This document shows positions 47,300-59,000 of a stretch of DNA of 64,000 nt, piece by piece. The DNA comes from Chrysemys picta bellii (taxonomy: Eukaryota), in contig NC_088812.1 in NCBI RefSeq assembly GCF_011386835.1, forward strand, positions 12,586,001 through 12,650,000. Direction: 5' to 3'. Position numbers and translations under genes: made by a program. How positions within the stretch are numbered: the stretch's first letter is position 1; every line of letters begins with the position of its first letter. The notes below the pieces were generated by a model. The model was not told the DNA's origin, ran no database searches, and was given only the letters and a program-made list of their open reading frames with translations.

Positions 47300-47529
47300 C
47301 CCGCCCCCCGTCGGGCCCCGCCCCGCCCCTGCCTCCCCTTCTGCTCCAGCAGCAGCCGAGCGCGGACTCTGGCCCTTTAAATCGCCGCTGCCCCCTCCAG
47401 GGGGCGGGGTTCGGCTCCACCCCTGATGTCACTCGCCGAGGCCCCGCCCTTACCCTGCCTTAAAGGCGCAGGCTCAGGGCAGGGGGCGGGGTTACGAGGC
47501 GCGGTGACGTTCCTGTGCCGCGGTCACAG
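47300..47529 (+). promoter_or_regulatory. SUOX: SUOX CpG promoter and probable non-coding exon 1
   Basis: Multiple GC boxes (ccccgccc, ggggcgggg), CRE half-site ggtgacgt, and donor cacag|gtggga at 47529/47530, upstream of the SUOX coding exons. Confidence 0.6.
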
Positions 47530-47736
47530 GTGGGAGAGGCGGGGCGCATGGGGGGCTTGTGGGGTAATTGCGGGGGGGTCCAGTGGGGGTTGCACTGGGG
47601 GCTGGGTGAGGAGTTGCACTGGGGGGGGGTGCCTGGGGGCTGGGGGGCACGTGGAGGGTTGTTCTGGGGGGGGTGCTTGGGGGCTGGGGAGTTACATGGA
47701 GGGTTGTACTGAGGGCAGGGTGCTCTGGGGGGGCTG

Positions 47737-47746
47737 NNNNNNNNNN
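47737..47746. other. Assembly gap (10 N)
   Basis: Run of n characters; true gap size unknown. Confidence 1.
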
Positions 47747-50075
47747 CCTGCTCCCCCAGCCCTGCGCTTCCCCCCCTACCCAGCTCTGCCGGTGCCCCTC
47801 ACTGCCCAGCCCCCTGCTCCCCCAGCCCTGCGCTTCCCCCCCCTTCCCAGCTCTGCCGGTGCCCCTCACTGCCCAGCCCCCTGCTCCCCCAGCCCTGCGC
47901 TTCCCCCCCCTACCCAGCTCTGCTGGTGCCCCTCACTGCCCAGCCCCCTGCTCCCCCAGCCCTGCGCTTCCCCCCCCTACCCAGCTCTGCCGGTGCCCCT
48001 CACTGCCCAGCCCCCTGCTCCCCCAGCCCTGTGCTTCCCCCCACCCCCAGCTCTGCCGGTGCCCCTCACTGCCCAGCCCCCTGCTCCCCCAGCCCTGCTC
48101 TTCCTGCCCTTCCCAGCTCTGCCGGTGCCCCTCACTGCCCAGCCCCCTGCTCCCCCAGCCCTGCTCTTCCCCCCCTTCCCAGCTCTGCCGGTGCCCCTCA
48201 CTGCCCAGCCCCCTGCTCCTCCAGCCCTGCTCTTCCCCCCCCTTCCCAGCTCTGCCGGTGCCCCTCACTGCCCAGCCCCCTGCTCCCCCAGCCCTGCGCT
48301 TCCCCCCCCCCCCCCCCAGCTCTGCCGGTGCCTCTCACTGCCCAGCCCCCTGCTCGCCCAGCCCTGCGCTTCCCCCCCTTCCCAGCTCTGCCGGTGCCCC
48401 TCACTGCCCAGCCCCCTGCTCCCCCAGCCCTGTGCTTCCCCCCCCTCCCCAGCTCTGCCGGTGCCCCTCACTGCCCAGCCCCCTGCTCCCCCAGCCCTGC
48501 GCTTCCCCCCCTACCCAGCTCTGCTGGTGCCCCTCACTGCCCAGCCCCCTGCTCCCCCAGCCCTGCGCTTTCCCCCCCCCTTCCCAGCTCTGCCGGTGCC
48601 CCTCACTGCCCAGCCCCCTGCTCCCCCAGCCCTGCGCTTCCCCCCCCCCCCCCAGCTCTGCCGGTGCCTCTCACTGCCCAGCCCCCTGCTCGCCCAGCCC
48701 TGCGCTTCCCCCCCCTTCCCAGCTCTGCCGGTGCCCCTCACTGCCCAGCCCCCTGCTCCCCCAGCCCTGTGCTTCCCCCCCTTCCCAGCTCTGCCGGTGC
48801 TTCTCACTGTCCAGCCCCCTGCTCCCCCAGCCCTGCGCTTCCCCCCCCTTCCCAGCTCTGCCGGTGCCCCTCACTGCCCAGCCCCCTGCTCCCCCAGCCC
48901 TGCTCTTCCCCCCCTTCCCAGCTCTGCCGGTGCCCCTCACTGCCCAGCCCCCTGCTCCCCCAGCCCTGCTCTTCCCCCCCTTCCCAGCTCTGCCGGTGCC
49001 CCTCACTGCCCAGCCCCCTGCTCCCCCAGCCCTGCGCTTCCCCCCCCCCCCCAGCTCTGCCGGTGCCTCTCACTGCCCAGCCCCCTGCTCCCCCAGCCCT
49101 GCTCTTCCCCCCCTTCCCAGCTCTGCCGGTGCCCCTCACTGCCCAGCCCCCTGCTCCCCCAGCCCTGCGCTTCCCCCCCCCCCCCAGCTCTGCCGGTGCC
49201 TCTCACTGCCCAGCCCCCTGCTCGCCCAGCCCTGCGCTTCCCCCCCTTCCCAGTTCTGCTGGTGCCCCTCACTGCCCAGCCCCCTGCTCCCCCAGCCCTG
49301 TGCTTCCCCCCCCTACCCAGCTCTGCCGGTGCCTCTCACTGCCCAGCCCCCTGCTCCCCCAGCCCTGCGCTTCCCCCCTTCCCAGCTCTGCCGGTGCCCC
49401 TCACTGCCCAGCCCCCTGCTCCCCCAGCCCTGTGCTTCCCCCCCCTACCCAGCTCTGCCGGTGCCTCTCACTGCCCAGCCCCCTGCTCCCCCAGCCCTGT
49501 GCTTCCCCCCCCTCCCCAGCTCTGCCGGTGCCACTCACTGCCCAGCCCCCTGCTAGCCCAGCCCTGCTCTTCCCCCCCCTACCCAGCTCTGCCGGTGCCC
49601 CTCACTGCCCAGCCCCCTGCTCCCCCAGCCCTCCGCTCCCCCCCCCCCAGCTCTGCCGGTGCCTCTCACTGCCCAGCCCCCTGCTCGCCCAGCCCTGCGC
49701 TTCCCCCCCCCAGCTCTGCCGGTGCCTCTCACTGCCCAGCCCCCTGCTCGCCCAGCCCTGCGCTTCCCCCCCTTCCCAGCTCTGCCGGTGCCCCTCACTG
49801 CCCAGCCCCCTGCTCCCCCAGCCCTGCGCTTCCCCCCCCTTCCCAGCTCTGCCGGTGCCCCTCACTGCCCAGCCCCCTGCTCCCCCAGCCCTGCGCTTCC
49901 CCCCCTTCCCAGCTCTGCCGGTGCCCCTCACTGCCCAGCCCCCTGCTCCCCCAGCCCTGCGCTTCCCCCCCTTCCCAGCTCTGCCGGCACCTCTCACTGC
50001 CCAGCCCCCTGCTCCCCCAGCCCCGGGCTCCCCCCCAGCTCTGCCGGTGCCCCTCACTCCCACCCGCAGCCCCTG
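47747..50075. repeat. C-rich minisatellite, ~35 copies of a 66-67 bp unit, SUOX intron 1
   Basis: Unit cctgctcccccagccctgcgcttC(n)tWcccagctctgccggtgcccctcactgcccagccc; starts at 47747, 47813, 47880, 47947 and onward. Confidence 0.97.
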
Positions 50076-50287
50076 GGACTGCAAAGGGAAAAGGCGAGGA
50101 GGGAGCTAGCGTGAAGTTCCTTTGGGATTCTCTTTAGGGCAGCTGCCGCTTTGACACCTTGCCAGGGTTTTGCAGAATCCCCCAGCGGCTCTAATCTAAT
50201 CTCTGCCCCCTGCAGAGGCTCTCAGCCGCAGCCCCAGCGAGAGAGCAGGCGAGTTTTATCTGTCAGGGGAGATCCCTTTATGGCTCG

Positions 50288-50316
50288 ATGGCTGGCGTTA
50301 TCTTATCAGACCTGTG
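50288..50316 (+). CDS. SUOX: SUOX probable first coding segment (exon 50216-50316); start codon uncertain
   Basis: Strong acceptor (ctaatctaat...ctctgccccctgcag|) and donor |gtaggg. The ATG at 50288 gives MAGVILSDL+2 nt, in phase with the next exon; the ATG at 50280 is out of frame. Confidence 0.45.
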
Positions 50317-50785
50317 GTAGGGGAACTCTGGGTTAATGTTCCACCGGCTGCTGGCCTGGGAAGGAGTCCAGGGCCGGGAACCGTTCAGGTGCCAGAGGGA
50401 GCCCAGGGGCTGGAGGCTGAAATGCAGCCACCTCTGGGGTGGCAGGTGGCAACTGTTTAACAGCCGCACAGTCGCCTAGCAAAGGACATGAACAGGACTC
50501 CCGGGTCGGGCTGAAATTACAGGTATTATTTTAGGGAGGCTGGGTTGGAAGCGGGCCAGGAATGCGGGGGAGGGGCAAAGCGCCCCTTGCTGAGCCCCAC
50601 CCTGCAGCACAGCGCCCCCTAGTGCCGCAGTGGGGTCAGCCCTGTGCAGAGAGCGCCCCCTGCTGCACAGCCAGTAGATGGCAGGCGAGCAGGACGTGCT
50701 GGGCTGGTGCCCTGGGTGTCCTGTAGATGGCAGGGAGGTTGCTGGGGGATTTTTGCCCTCACTGGAGTCCTGGTTTCTCCCCCAG

Positions 50786-50957
50786 GTTGGCAGCTGTGGC
50801 CTGGGGGTCCCACCCCCAAGCCTGCACTGCCTGGACCCCCTCCCGCACTCATGGCACCTGGAGCCCGGGCGACGGCAGCCGGAGACGGAAGGTCATGGCC
50901 GTGGGGGCTCTGCTGGGCCTGGGCGCCGGCCTGGCCTACGGAGATCACCGCAGGCGG
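50786..50957 (+). CDS. SUOX: SUOX exon encoding targeting/stop-transfer segment
   Basis: ccccag| ..LAAVAWGSHPQAC...RRKVMAVGALLGLGAGLAYGDHRRR |gtgagg, homologous to human [23 protein letters not shown]. Confidence 0.9.
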
Positions 50958-51417
50958 GTGAGGGAGCTGGGACCAGCGTCATGGGATCGGCGGCTCCCCA
51001 GAGCCTCCCTGGAGTGCTCAGCTCTCTGCCTCAGGGCACAAAGGTGGCATGAGAGCTGGATGGGCATCTTGGGGAAGGAGGCATGGTCTAGTGGTTAGAG
51101 CATGGGGGGGCTGGGAATCAGGACTCCTGGGTTCTCTCCCAGCTCCGGGAGGGGAGTGGGATCTAGTGGTTAGAGCAGGGGGGGCTGGGAACCAGGACTC
51201 CTGGGTTCTCTCCCAGCTCTGGGAGGGGAATGGGGTCTAGTGGTTAGAGCAGAGAGGGGTCTGGGAGCCAGGATCCCTGGTTCCGCTCCCAGTTCTGCCC
51301 CTGAGGTGCTGCGTAGCCTGGGGTGCATCCCTTCCCCCCCCGAGGCGGGTGAGGCTCTCGGAGGCCTGCGGTGGATGTTGGCGGATGCACCTCGAGCCCC
51401 TCTCCTTGTCCCTGCAG

Positions 51418-52863
51418 GCGGCGGAGGCCGAGCCGAACGCTGAGGCCGCGCCCGGGGCGCCGTACCCCGTGTTCACCCGCCAGGAGGTGGGGCGGCACCG
51501 CAGCCTGGCCGAGCGGGTCTGGGTGACCTACGGCCGCGAGGTCTTCGACATCACCGACTTCGTGGAGCTGCACCCGGGGGGCAAGAGCAAGGTCCTGCTG
51601 GCAGCGGGGGGCGCCCTGGAGCCCTTCTGGGCCATGTACGCCGTGCACAGCCAGGCGCACGTGCTGGAGATCCTGCAGGCCTACAAGGTGGGGGAGCTGA
51701 GCCCCGAGGAGCAGAGCCAGGCCACCCAGGGGGACCCCTACTCCGGGGACCCCCCTCGGCACCCCGCCCTCCAAGTCAACAGCCTCAAGCCCTTCAACGC
51801 GGAGCCGCCAGCTGAGCTGCTGACCGAGAACTACCTGACGCCCAACCAGCTCTTCTTCAAACGCAACCACCTCCCGGTGCCGGCCGTGGACGCCGCCAGC
51901 TACCGGCTGCAGGTGGAGGGGCCGGGGGGCCGCGTGCTGGCGCTCTCGCTGTCCGAGCTCAAGCGCCGCTTCCCCAAGCACGAGGTGACGGTCACCCTGC
52001 AGTGCGCCGGGAACCGCCGCTCGGAGATGAGCCGCGTCCGGCAGGTGAAGGGGCTGGAGTGGGGGGTGGCGGCCATCAGCACGGCCCGCTGGGGCGGCGT
52101 CCGGCTCCGGGATGTCCTGGTGCACGCCGGCTACAGGGAGGAGGAGGGGGAGGCCGGGGAGCACCACGTCTGCTTCGAGGGCCTGGATAAGGACCTGAGC
52201 GGGGTGGCCTACGGAGCCTCCATCCCTTACCGCACGGCCATGGGCCGCGGGGCCGACGTGCTGCTGGCCTACGAGATGAACGGCGAGGAGCTGCCACGGG
52301 ACCACGGCTACCCGCTGCGGGTGGTGGTGCCGGGCGTGGTGGGCGCCCGCAACGTCAAGTGGCTGGGCCGGGTCTCCGTGAGCCCGGAGGAGAGCCCAAG
52401 CCACTGGCAGCAGAACGACTACAAGGGCTTCTCGCCCGCCGTGGACTGGGACACGGTGGATTTCACAACGGCTCCCGCCATCCAGGAGCTGCCCGTCCAG
52501 TCGGCCATCACCGACCCCGCGCCTGGGGCCACCGTCCCGCCCGGGGAGCTGACGGTCAAGGGCTACGCCTGGAGCGGGGGCGGGCGCGGCGTGGTGCGCG
52601 TGGACGTCTCGCTGGACGGCGGCCGGACGTGGCGCGTGGCCGAGCTGACGGGCGAGGAGCAGCAGCCGGGCCGGGCCTGGGCCTGGCGCCTGTGGCAGCT
52701 CACGGCCCCCGTTCCCCCCGGCGCCACGGAGCTGGACATTGTCTGCAAGGCCGTGGACGCCAGCTACAACGTGCAGCCCGACACGGTGGAGCCCATCTGG
52801 AACCTGCGGGGGGTGCTGAGCAACGCCTGGCACCGCGTCACCGTCACCGTGGCCGAGGATTAA
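51418..52863 (+). CDS. SUOX: Sulfite oxidase, large terminal exon (cytochrome b5, Moco and dimerisation domains)
   Basis: cctgcag| then 481 codons plus TAA. Motifs: HPGG heme loop, [17 protein letters not shown] (Mo-ligating Cys), [39 protein letters not shown]. Confidence 0.98.
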   Translation, partial: AAEAEPNAEAAPGAPYPVFTRQEVGRHRSLAERVWVTYGREVFDITDFVELHPGGKSKVLLAAGGALEPFWAMYAVHSQAHVLEILQAYKVGELSPEEQSQATQGDPYSGDPPRHPALQVNSLKPFNAEPPAELLTENYLTPNQLFFKRNHLPVPAVDAASYRLQVEGPGGRVLALSLSELKRRFPKHEVTVTLQCAGNRRSEMSRVRQVKGLEWGVAAISTARWGGVRLRDVLVHAGYREEEGEAGEHHVCFEGLDKDLSGVAYGASIPYRTAMGRGADVLLAYEMNGEELPRDHGYPLRVVVPGVVGARNVKWLGRVSVSPEESPSHWQQNDYKGFSPAVDWDTVDFTTAPAIQELPVQSAITDPAPGATVPPGELTVKGYAWSGGGRGVVRVDVSLDGGRTWRVAELTGEEQQPGRAWAWRLWQLTAPVPPGATELDIVCKAVDASYNVQPDTVEPIWNLRGVLSNAWHRVTVTVAED

Positions 52864-54534
52864 CGGGGGGGGGGGGGGCAGGTCCCGGCCGCTCAGTGGG
52901 CGCCAATGGCCTGCGGCAGCACAGAGGAGAGTGGGGGGCAGGGGAGACATGCAGCCCCCCCCCCCCGGATGGATGGAGAGGGGTGGCTGAGTTGGGGAGG
53001 GAGTCCATGAAACGGATCCACCCAGCCCCAGGGGGAGCTTGGAGAGGCCGGCTCAGGGACGCACACACACACACCCCGGCCCCTCCAGGGCTCCCTTCCT
53101 GTGGGCCTGGCCTACTGCTCAGGGAGGAGGCAGGGGGGACAGATGGGCTGGCCCCAGGGTGGGGCCCTTGGTGAGATGAGTTTGGTGAGTCTCAGCCTAG
53201 TTCCCACCAGGACGGGGGAGAGGGGCCTTAGCACTGAAATACCATTCCAGCTGGCCCCAAGCGGCCCTGTGCTGGCGGCCCCGGCCTGGACCGGGCTGCG
53301 GGGCTGGAGCTTATCCCTGGAGGCAGGTCCCCCCCGGCGCGGGCTGGGGCAGGCTGGCATGGGCGGGGGCAGGGAGAGGAAGCTGTTCCTGGCCTGGGGC
53401 CAGGACGGCAGCGCCCAGTTCTCCCGCTGGTGCTGTTATTCCTGCCCATGTCGCCCCCATTAACCCAGTGTAAAATCCACCTTCCCCCCCACCCCACCCC
53501 CCGCCGGCAGCCATCTCCTTCTCCCCACCTGCCCTTAGTGCACGTGCCGGCCTGTGCCCTCCGCCTGCCTTTAGCACGACGTGCCTTCTGGTTCAGAGCC
53601 CGTTCATCCTCTGCTCCCCGGCGCTGCCCCAGCCCTCGCCTCCCTCCTGCCGCGGAGCTGGCCTGTTCGCCGACCGATCCACTGCGTCTTGGCTCTGGGC
53701 TCCCCCCGCGGCGCGGGGCAAACACCTTGGCTCTTCCCGTCCCATCCCCGGTGCTGTTCCGGGCTGTGCCAAAGTCCGATTACTTTACGGCCGTGGGGAA
53801 GTGTCAGACACAGGCGGCTGTAAAGATTGTGCCGCGTTTATGGACTCGTCTCCTTCATTTACAGGGCAGCTGGCTGCCCCCCGAGGCTTCGGGGGGTTAA
53901 CCGTTGCCTGGGGTGGAAGTTCTCCTCGCAGCAGGAGCTGAGCATGAGTCTGACGACCTCGTGTCCCGGGCAGGGGAATGTTCCGATTTCTAAACGGATC
54001 AAACCACCACAGCCATGCTGCCTAGCCTGGCTCTGCTGGTGCCATCTGCCTCCGGGGCTGGGATCGAGAGATCCTCTGATTTCCCCCCACTAGGAAAATG
54101 CTACATAAATGTCCCCTGTGCTGTGGTCAGTGGCTTTCTCGGCTAGTCAGTCTGCTGAGATGTTCAAAGCCATAAGCTGTATGCTGGCCAGAGATTCTCC
54201 ACCAGAATGTGCGGCTTCCCCCAGAGTAAAACTATTTTCCCCAGGAAAATTTCAGGTTTTTTCCCCTGACATTTTTCAATTTTCTGTTTGAGAAAATTTT
54301 TAAATAAATCTTTTGTCTGAGGCCGACCTGACTCTGACCCGTCTGGTTTGTCAGCTCTCCTGCGATGGTTCGTTGCAGGTTAGTTCCGCATGAATCTGCA
54401 CCCAGGTGAGCACTGCCTCCTGCTTGTTGTGATTTTCGTGCCTCAGACCCCATTCTCTATGGCCCAGCTGCCTCAGAACGACTCACCGGGGTATGTGAGC
54501 AATTGCTGAAATCAGCCTCGGGACCAGATGCTCG

Positions 54535-56022
54535 GAGGGTAGCTAATGTGATGCTGATTTTTTAAAAAGGCTCCAGCGGCGATCCTGGCAATTACAGGCC
54601 GGTAAGTCTAACATCAGTACCAGGCAAACTGGTTGAAACTATAGTAAAGAACAGAATTATCAGACATGATATGTTGGGGAAGAGTCAACATGGCTTATGT
54701 AAAGGGAAATCATGCCTCACTAATCTACTAGAATTCTTCGAGGGGGTCAACAAATGTGTTGATACAGTTTACTTGGACTTTCAGAAAGCCCTTGCCAAGG
54801 TCCCTCACCAAAGGGTCTTAAGCAAAGTAAGGAGTCATAGGATAAGAGGGAAGGTGCTCTCACAGATCGGTAACAGGTTAAACAATGAAACAAAGGATAG
54901 GACTAAATGGTCAGTTTTGACAGTGGGGAGAGGTAAATAGCAGGGTCCCCAAGGATCTGTACTGGGACTAGCGCCGTTCAACATCTTCATAAAATGATCT
55001 GGAAAAAGGCATAAACAGTGAGGTGGCAAAGTTTGCAGCTGCTACACAATGACTTAAGGTAGTTAAGTCCAAAGCTGGTGGCAAAGAGTTACAAAGGGAT
55101 CTCACAAAACTCGGAGGCACTGGCTAGGGAAGAAAATAGCAGATGAAATTCAATGTTGATAAATGCAAAGTAATGCACATGGGAAAACATCATCCCAACT
55201 CTACATATCAAATGATGGCATCTGAATGAGCTGTTACCACTCAAGAAGGAGATCTTGGAGTCATTGTGGATAGTTCTCTGAAAACATCCACTCAGGGTGC
55301 ACCGGCTGTCAAAAAAGCAAACACAACATTAGCACAGGGGATAGATAATACAGAAAATATAATACCCCCATATAAATCCAGCGTAGGTCCACACCTTGAA
55401 CACTGTGTGCGGGGCCGATCCCCCATCTCAAAAAAAGGATATGTTAGAGAAGGGCAACAAAACTGATGAGGGGGCTGGAACAGCTTCCATCTGAGGAGAG
55501 ATTCAAAAGCCTGGGCCTGTTCTGTTTAGAAAAATGACTGTGGAGGGATATGAGAGAGGTCTATAAAATGAGTGGGGTGGAGACAGGTAATAAGGAAGTG
55601 TTATTTGCCCCTTTGCATTGCACAAGAACCAGAGTCCCTCAATAAAATGAATAGGCAACAGTTTTAAAAATAAACATCAGGAAGTATTTCTTCACACAAC
55701 ACCCAGTCAGCCTGTGGAACTCCTTGCCAGGGGATGTGGTGAAGGACAAAGTATAACTGGGTTAAAAAAAGAACTAGATAAAGTTCACGGAGGATGGGTC
55801 CATCAACGGCTATTAGCCCAGATGCTCAAGGATGCAACCCTGGGCTCTGGGTGTCCCTAGCCCCTGACTGCCGGAAGCTGGGCCTGAATGACTGGGGATG
55901 GATCACTCACTAAGTGCCCTGCTCTGTTCATTCCCTGAGTCACCTGGCACTGGCCTCAGCTGGAAGACAGGAGACTGGGCTAGATGGACCATTGGTCTGA
56001 CATAGGATGGCTGTTCTTATGT
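54535..56022 (+). mobile_element. 5'-truncated, degenerate CR1 LINE (RT region plus 3' UTR)
   Basis: SQHG(L/F)CKGKSCLTNLLEFFE, VYLDFQKA, GVPQGSVLG-like text with frameshifts; ends ...ggaccattggtctgac...gttcttatgt. Confidence 0.92.
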
Positions 56023-59000
56023 ACGCCTCCAAAGATGCACCATGGTGCATCATGGGAGGTGTAGTCCATCTGGGGAGCTTGTCCCATAGAGGAGAACGGG
56101 GCACAAGGCACCCAGACTACCCCTCCCTTGAGGCATTGCAGCAGCTGGGGTGGGACATGGCTCGGTGGCGAAACACGATGGCTTAATGTTTCCAGATTGA
56201 GATGTTTCAGAACTTTCCGTTCCACGATTTTTTTATTTATTTATTTCAACGTTTTGGTCTGATTCGGGATGCAAACAACTGTCCAAATCTCAGAATTTCC
56301 TTGGGCTCAGGTCTAATCAAAGCAGAAAGTGGGGATCCCCCCCCCCCATCCCCAGAACCGGCTCATCAGCTCTTGGTGCCGCTTGTCTCTCCAGTGCCCT
56401 GGCTCCAGGCTCTCTTGCCCTAGCATGAGGCTGCAATGTCAGGCCAGCCTCCGGGGAAAGCAGCCGTCTTTAAACCCGGCTCCCTGGGAGATCGGACTCG
56501 GACGCTGGGCCCCTCTGCTTTCCACCTAGGTGCCGGTTTCGCAGCCAACTTTGCCAGGTGCAGGCCTGGCCAGCAACAGGCCAGAAGGCTCCCAGCTCCC
56601 TCTGTGCCTGGCCTTTCTCTTCCCCACTCCCTCTAGCCTCTTTCCAGCCCTGGCTAACACAGGCAGACGCAGGGCTATCCAGCCAGTCCCAGTCCATTCC
56701 CCTAGATTGGGGCTGATCAAGTGTTTCTCACTCAGCCCCATCACCGCCCCGCTGGGCACAGCCCCGCTTGGCACCGGCGCCTGGCACCGGCGCCTGCCAC
56801 AGCTTGCTCCCTGCGAAGGTGTAAGGGCTTGTGAGTTTGGGGCTGGGTGGGGGATTGAGACCCCGGGGGCTCTCTGCGGTGGGGTGCAGGGACGCCGCCT
56901 CGGGGATTACAGGCTGGTTGTCCCATAGCAGGAGAGCTGCAGGTGGTTTGGGCGGGGGGCTCCTTCCCCCCGGAATAGCTGAAGGAAGCTGCTGGTGCAG
57001 GAGAAGTTTAGGCTCTTCCCCCTCTTCCCTGGAACCCTGGGCACCCGGGCAGCCCGTCGCCCAGCGTCTGTCGCTAACTCACTGCTGATCTCTGACCCGG
57101 CCTGAGCCGTGTTGGGCACGTTTCTCTGGGCGGGTGGAACTGGCTGCGTCCAGCCCTGCGGGCCTGGCTGTTACGTATTCAGCAGCCGGAGCACGTGCAT
57201 TTTAATAAACCTCCCTGGCTAGTGGGCTGAAGCCGTGGAGGGTCCGTGGAGCATCAGCGTGTGCACCTTGTAGGATCCCCATCAATATCGGACCCCGGGG
57301 CAGGACGGAGCTGGCACCTGTGCAGGCAGGGAAGGTTGAACAGAGCCCTGCCCGCTCTCTCACTCCCTCCTGGCGCGGGGAGCCGGGGTGGCTGTTCCGA
57401 TTCCGGATTTCACACGTTTCCGCGGCCGGGAAGGCTAGTGGGCAGCTGGTGCAGAGCGGTTCCAGGGCCCCGAGCCCCAGTGCAGGTGGGGTGGGAATAC
57501 ACAGCGCTGGCTCGGCCCCCGCAGGGGCAATAGGGGCGCCGTCGGGTCAGCTGTGTCGGGCCTGCGATGGGAAGACGGGCCCGCGTTGGCATGTAGTGGC
57601 CCTGGGGGAGGGCTGCGGACATGGGGCCGCTAGCAGACCGGTTGTGTCAAAAGGCAGGAGCGGTTGGTAGGCACCAGCCTCCAGTGCTACGGGACCCAGT
57701 GATACTGCACCCTGGAGTGGGTGCTTCCGGGGGCTGCTGAGAAGCTCTGACACACACCCCCTTTTGGCTAAGCCACCAAACCAGCCCCGAGCCGGGCGGG
57801 GAGGAGCCCGCCAGGGGTGTGCTCTGGGCTCGCCGGGAGCCTGCAGATGTGGGGTCGGGGTGGGCCGAAGGAGTGGTTGTGGGTTGGTTCCAGAACCTCA
57901 CCCCTCCAGGATACGCCCACCCACCTGCCCCGGCTTGGCACCCACCCGCCCAGGAAGGGGAAGGACACAAGGGCACGCTTGGTGGGTCTGGTTTAGAAGG
58001 GGCGAGGGGTGGTAGAAGCCCGAGTGCACGGAGAGGGAGGGAATGCGGCATTCCCGCGCCCGGGGGCTTCTCCTCTCACAGGCAGAGCAGAGCGCCTTGG
58101 CTTGGGGCAGGAGGGGGGCGAGGGGCTGACGGCTCAGTGGGACCCAGGAATGCTGAGGAGTGTGGGGGGTGGGGGTGTCAGGCCGTGTCACCAGCTGGCA
58201 TTGCCCAGGTTTGACTGACTGTGGGGGAATTCTCCCCTCAACAGACAGCGTGTGATAGAGCCTCTGGGAGGCAGCAGGGCCTAGTGGAGAGAGCCTGCCC
58301 CTATGTTTATGCAGCACCTGGCACAGCGAGGTCCAGTCACAGTCGAGGCATCTAGATTCCCCTGTAACGCGAGTGGCAGGCGTAGCGGATCTGAGCCAAC
58401 CTCCCTTGGAGTCAGCGGAACTCACTTCCACAGGCTTTAGATCGGGCCCGTAAACAACCACCCTAGAAACTGGGCTACTCACCTGGCCCTGGGCCGGTGA
58501 CAGTGATTCGTGGCTAATGGATTCGTCGGTATGTGCTGTGTGAGTGGGGGGTTCACAGGGCGGGGAGCTAGACCTGAGACTGTTGCCTGTGTGAATAATC
58601 AGGGGAGGCCGGGAGCCGTGGAAAGCCGCTCTGCAGCGGGAAGATGTGCCACCACTGCCGTCTTTCCATGGGCCTGTTAATAAAAGAATGTTACCTTCCT
58701 TCTCTAGCTGCTAGCACTTTCTAGCCTCTCTACCCGCCACTGAAATGCAGCCACCTCTGGGGTGGAACGTGGCAGCTGTAGAACAGCCGGTGACAAGGCT
58801 GCAATGATTCCAGGTGGGGAAATGAAGAGGAACATTGTACACCATTGAAACGACAAAAGGAAACAGACGATAATGATCCGGGCCAGGGCACTGAGGCGAA
58901 TACAGACTGTGTCCTGGGGTCTTTGTCATCTATCTCTGGTGCACTGACCCTCAAAGGGCCTAACTCCCATTGACATCAGCCAGCACTGCCCATCTGCCCT

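Noticed and set aside
47426-50137. 903-, 727- and 627-aa Pro-rich ORFs (and Gly-rich antisense ORFs)
   Set aside because: Translation of a stop-free 66-67 bp minisatellite, and two of them cross an N gap.
51244-52950. 568-aa antisense ORF over SUOX
   Set aside because: It is codon-aligned with SUOX. GC3-rich codon usage avoids TTA/CTA/TCA, so the opposite strand lacks stops; no recognisable domain.
54303-54308. AATAAA as the SUOX polyA signal
   Set aside because: It lies in an AT-rich stretch that may be MITE-derived; it cannot be distinguished from other candidates without transcript data.
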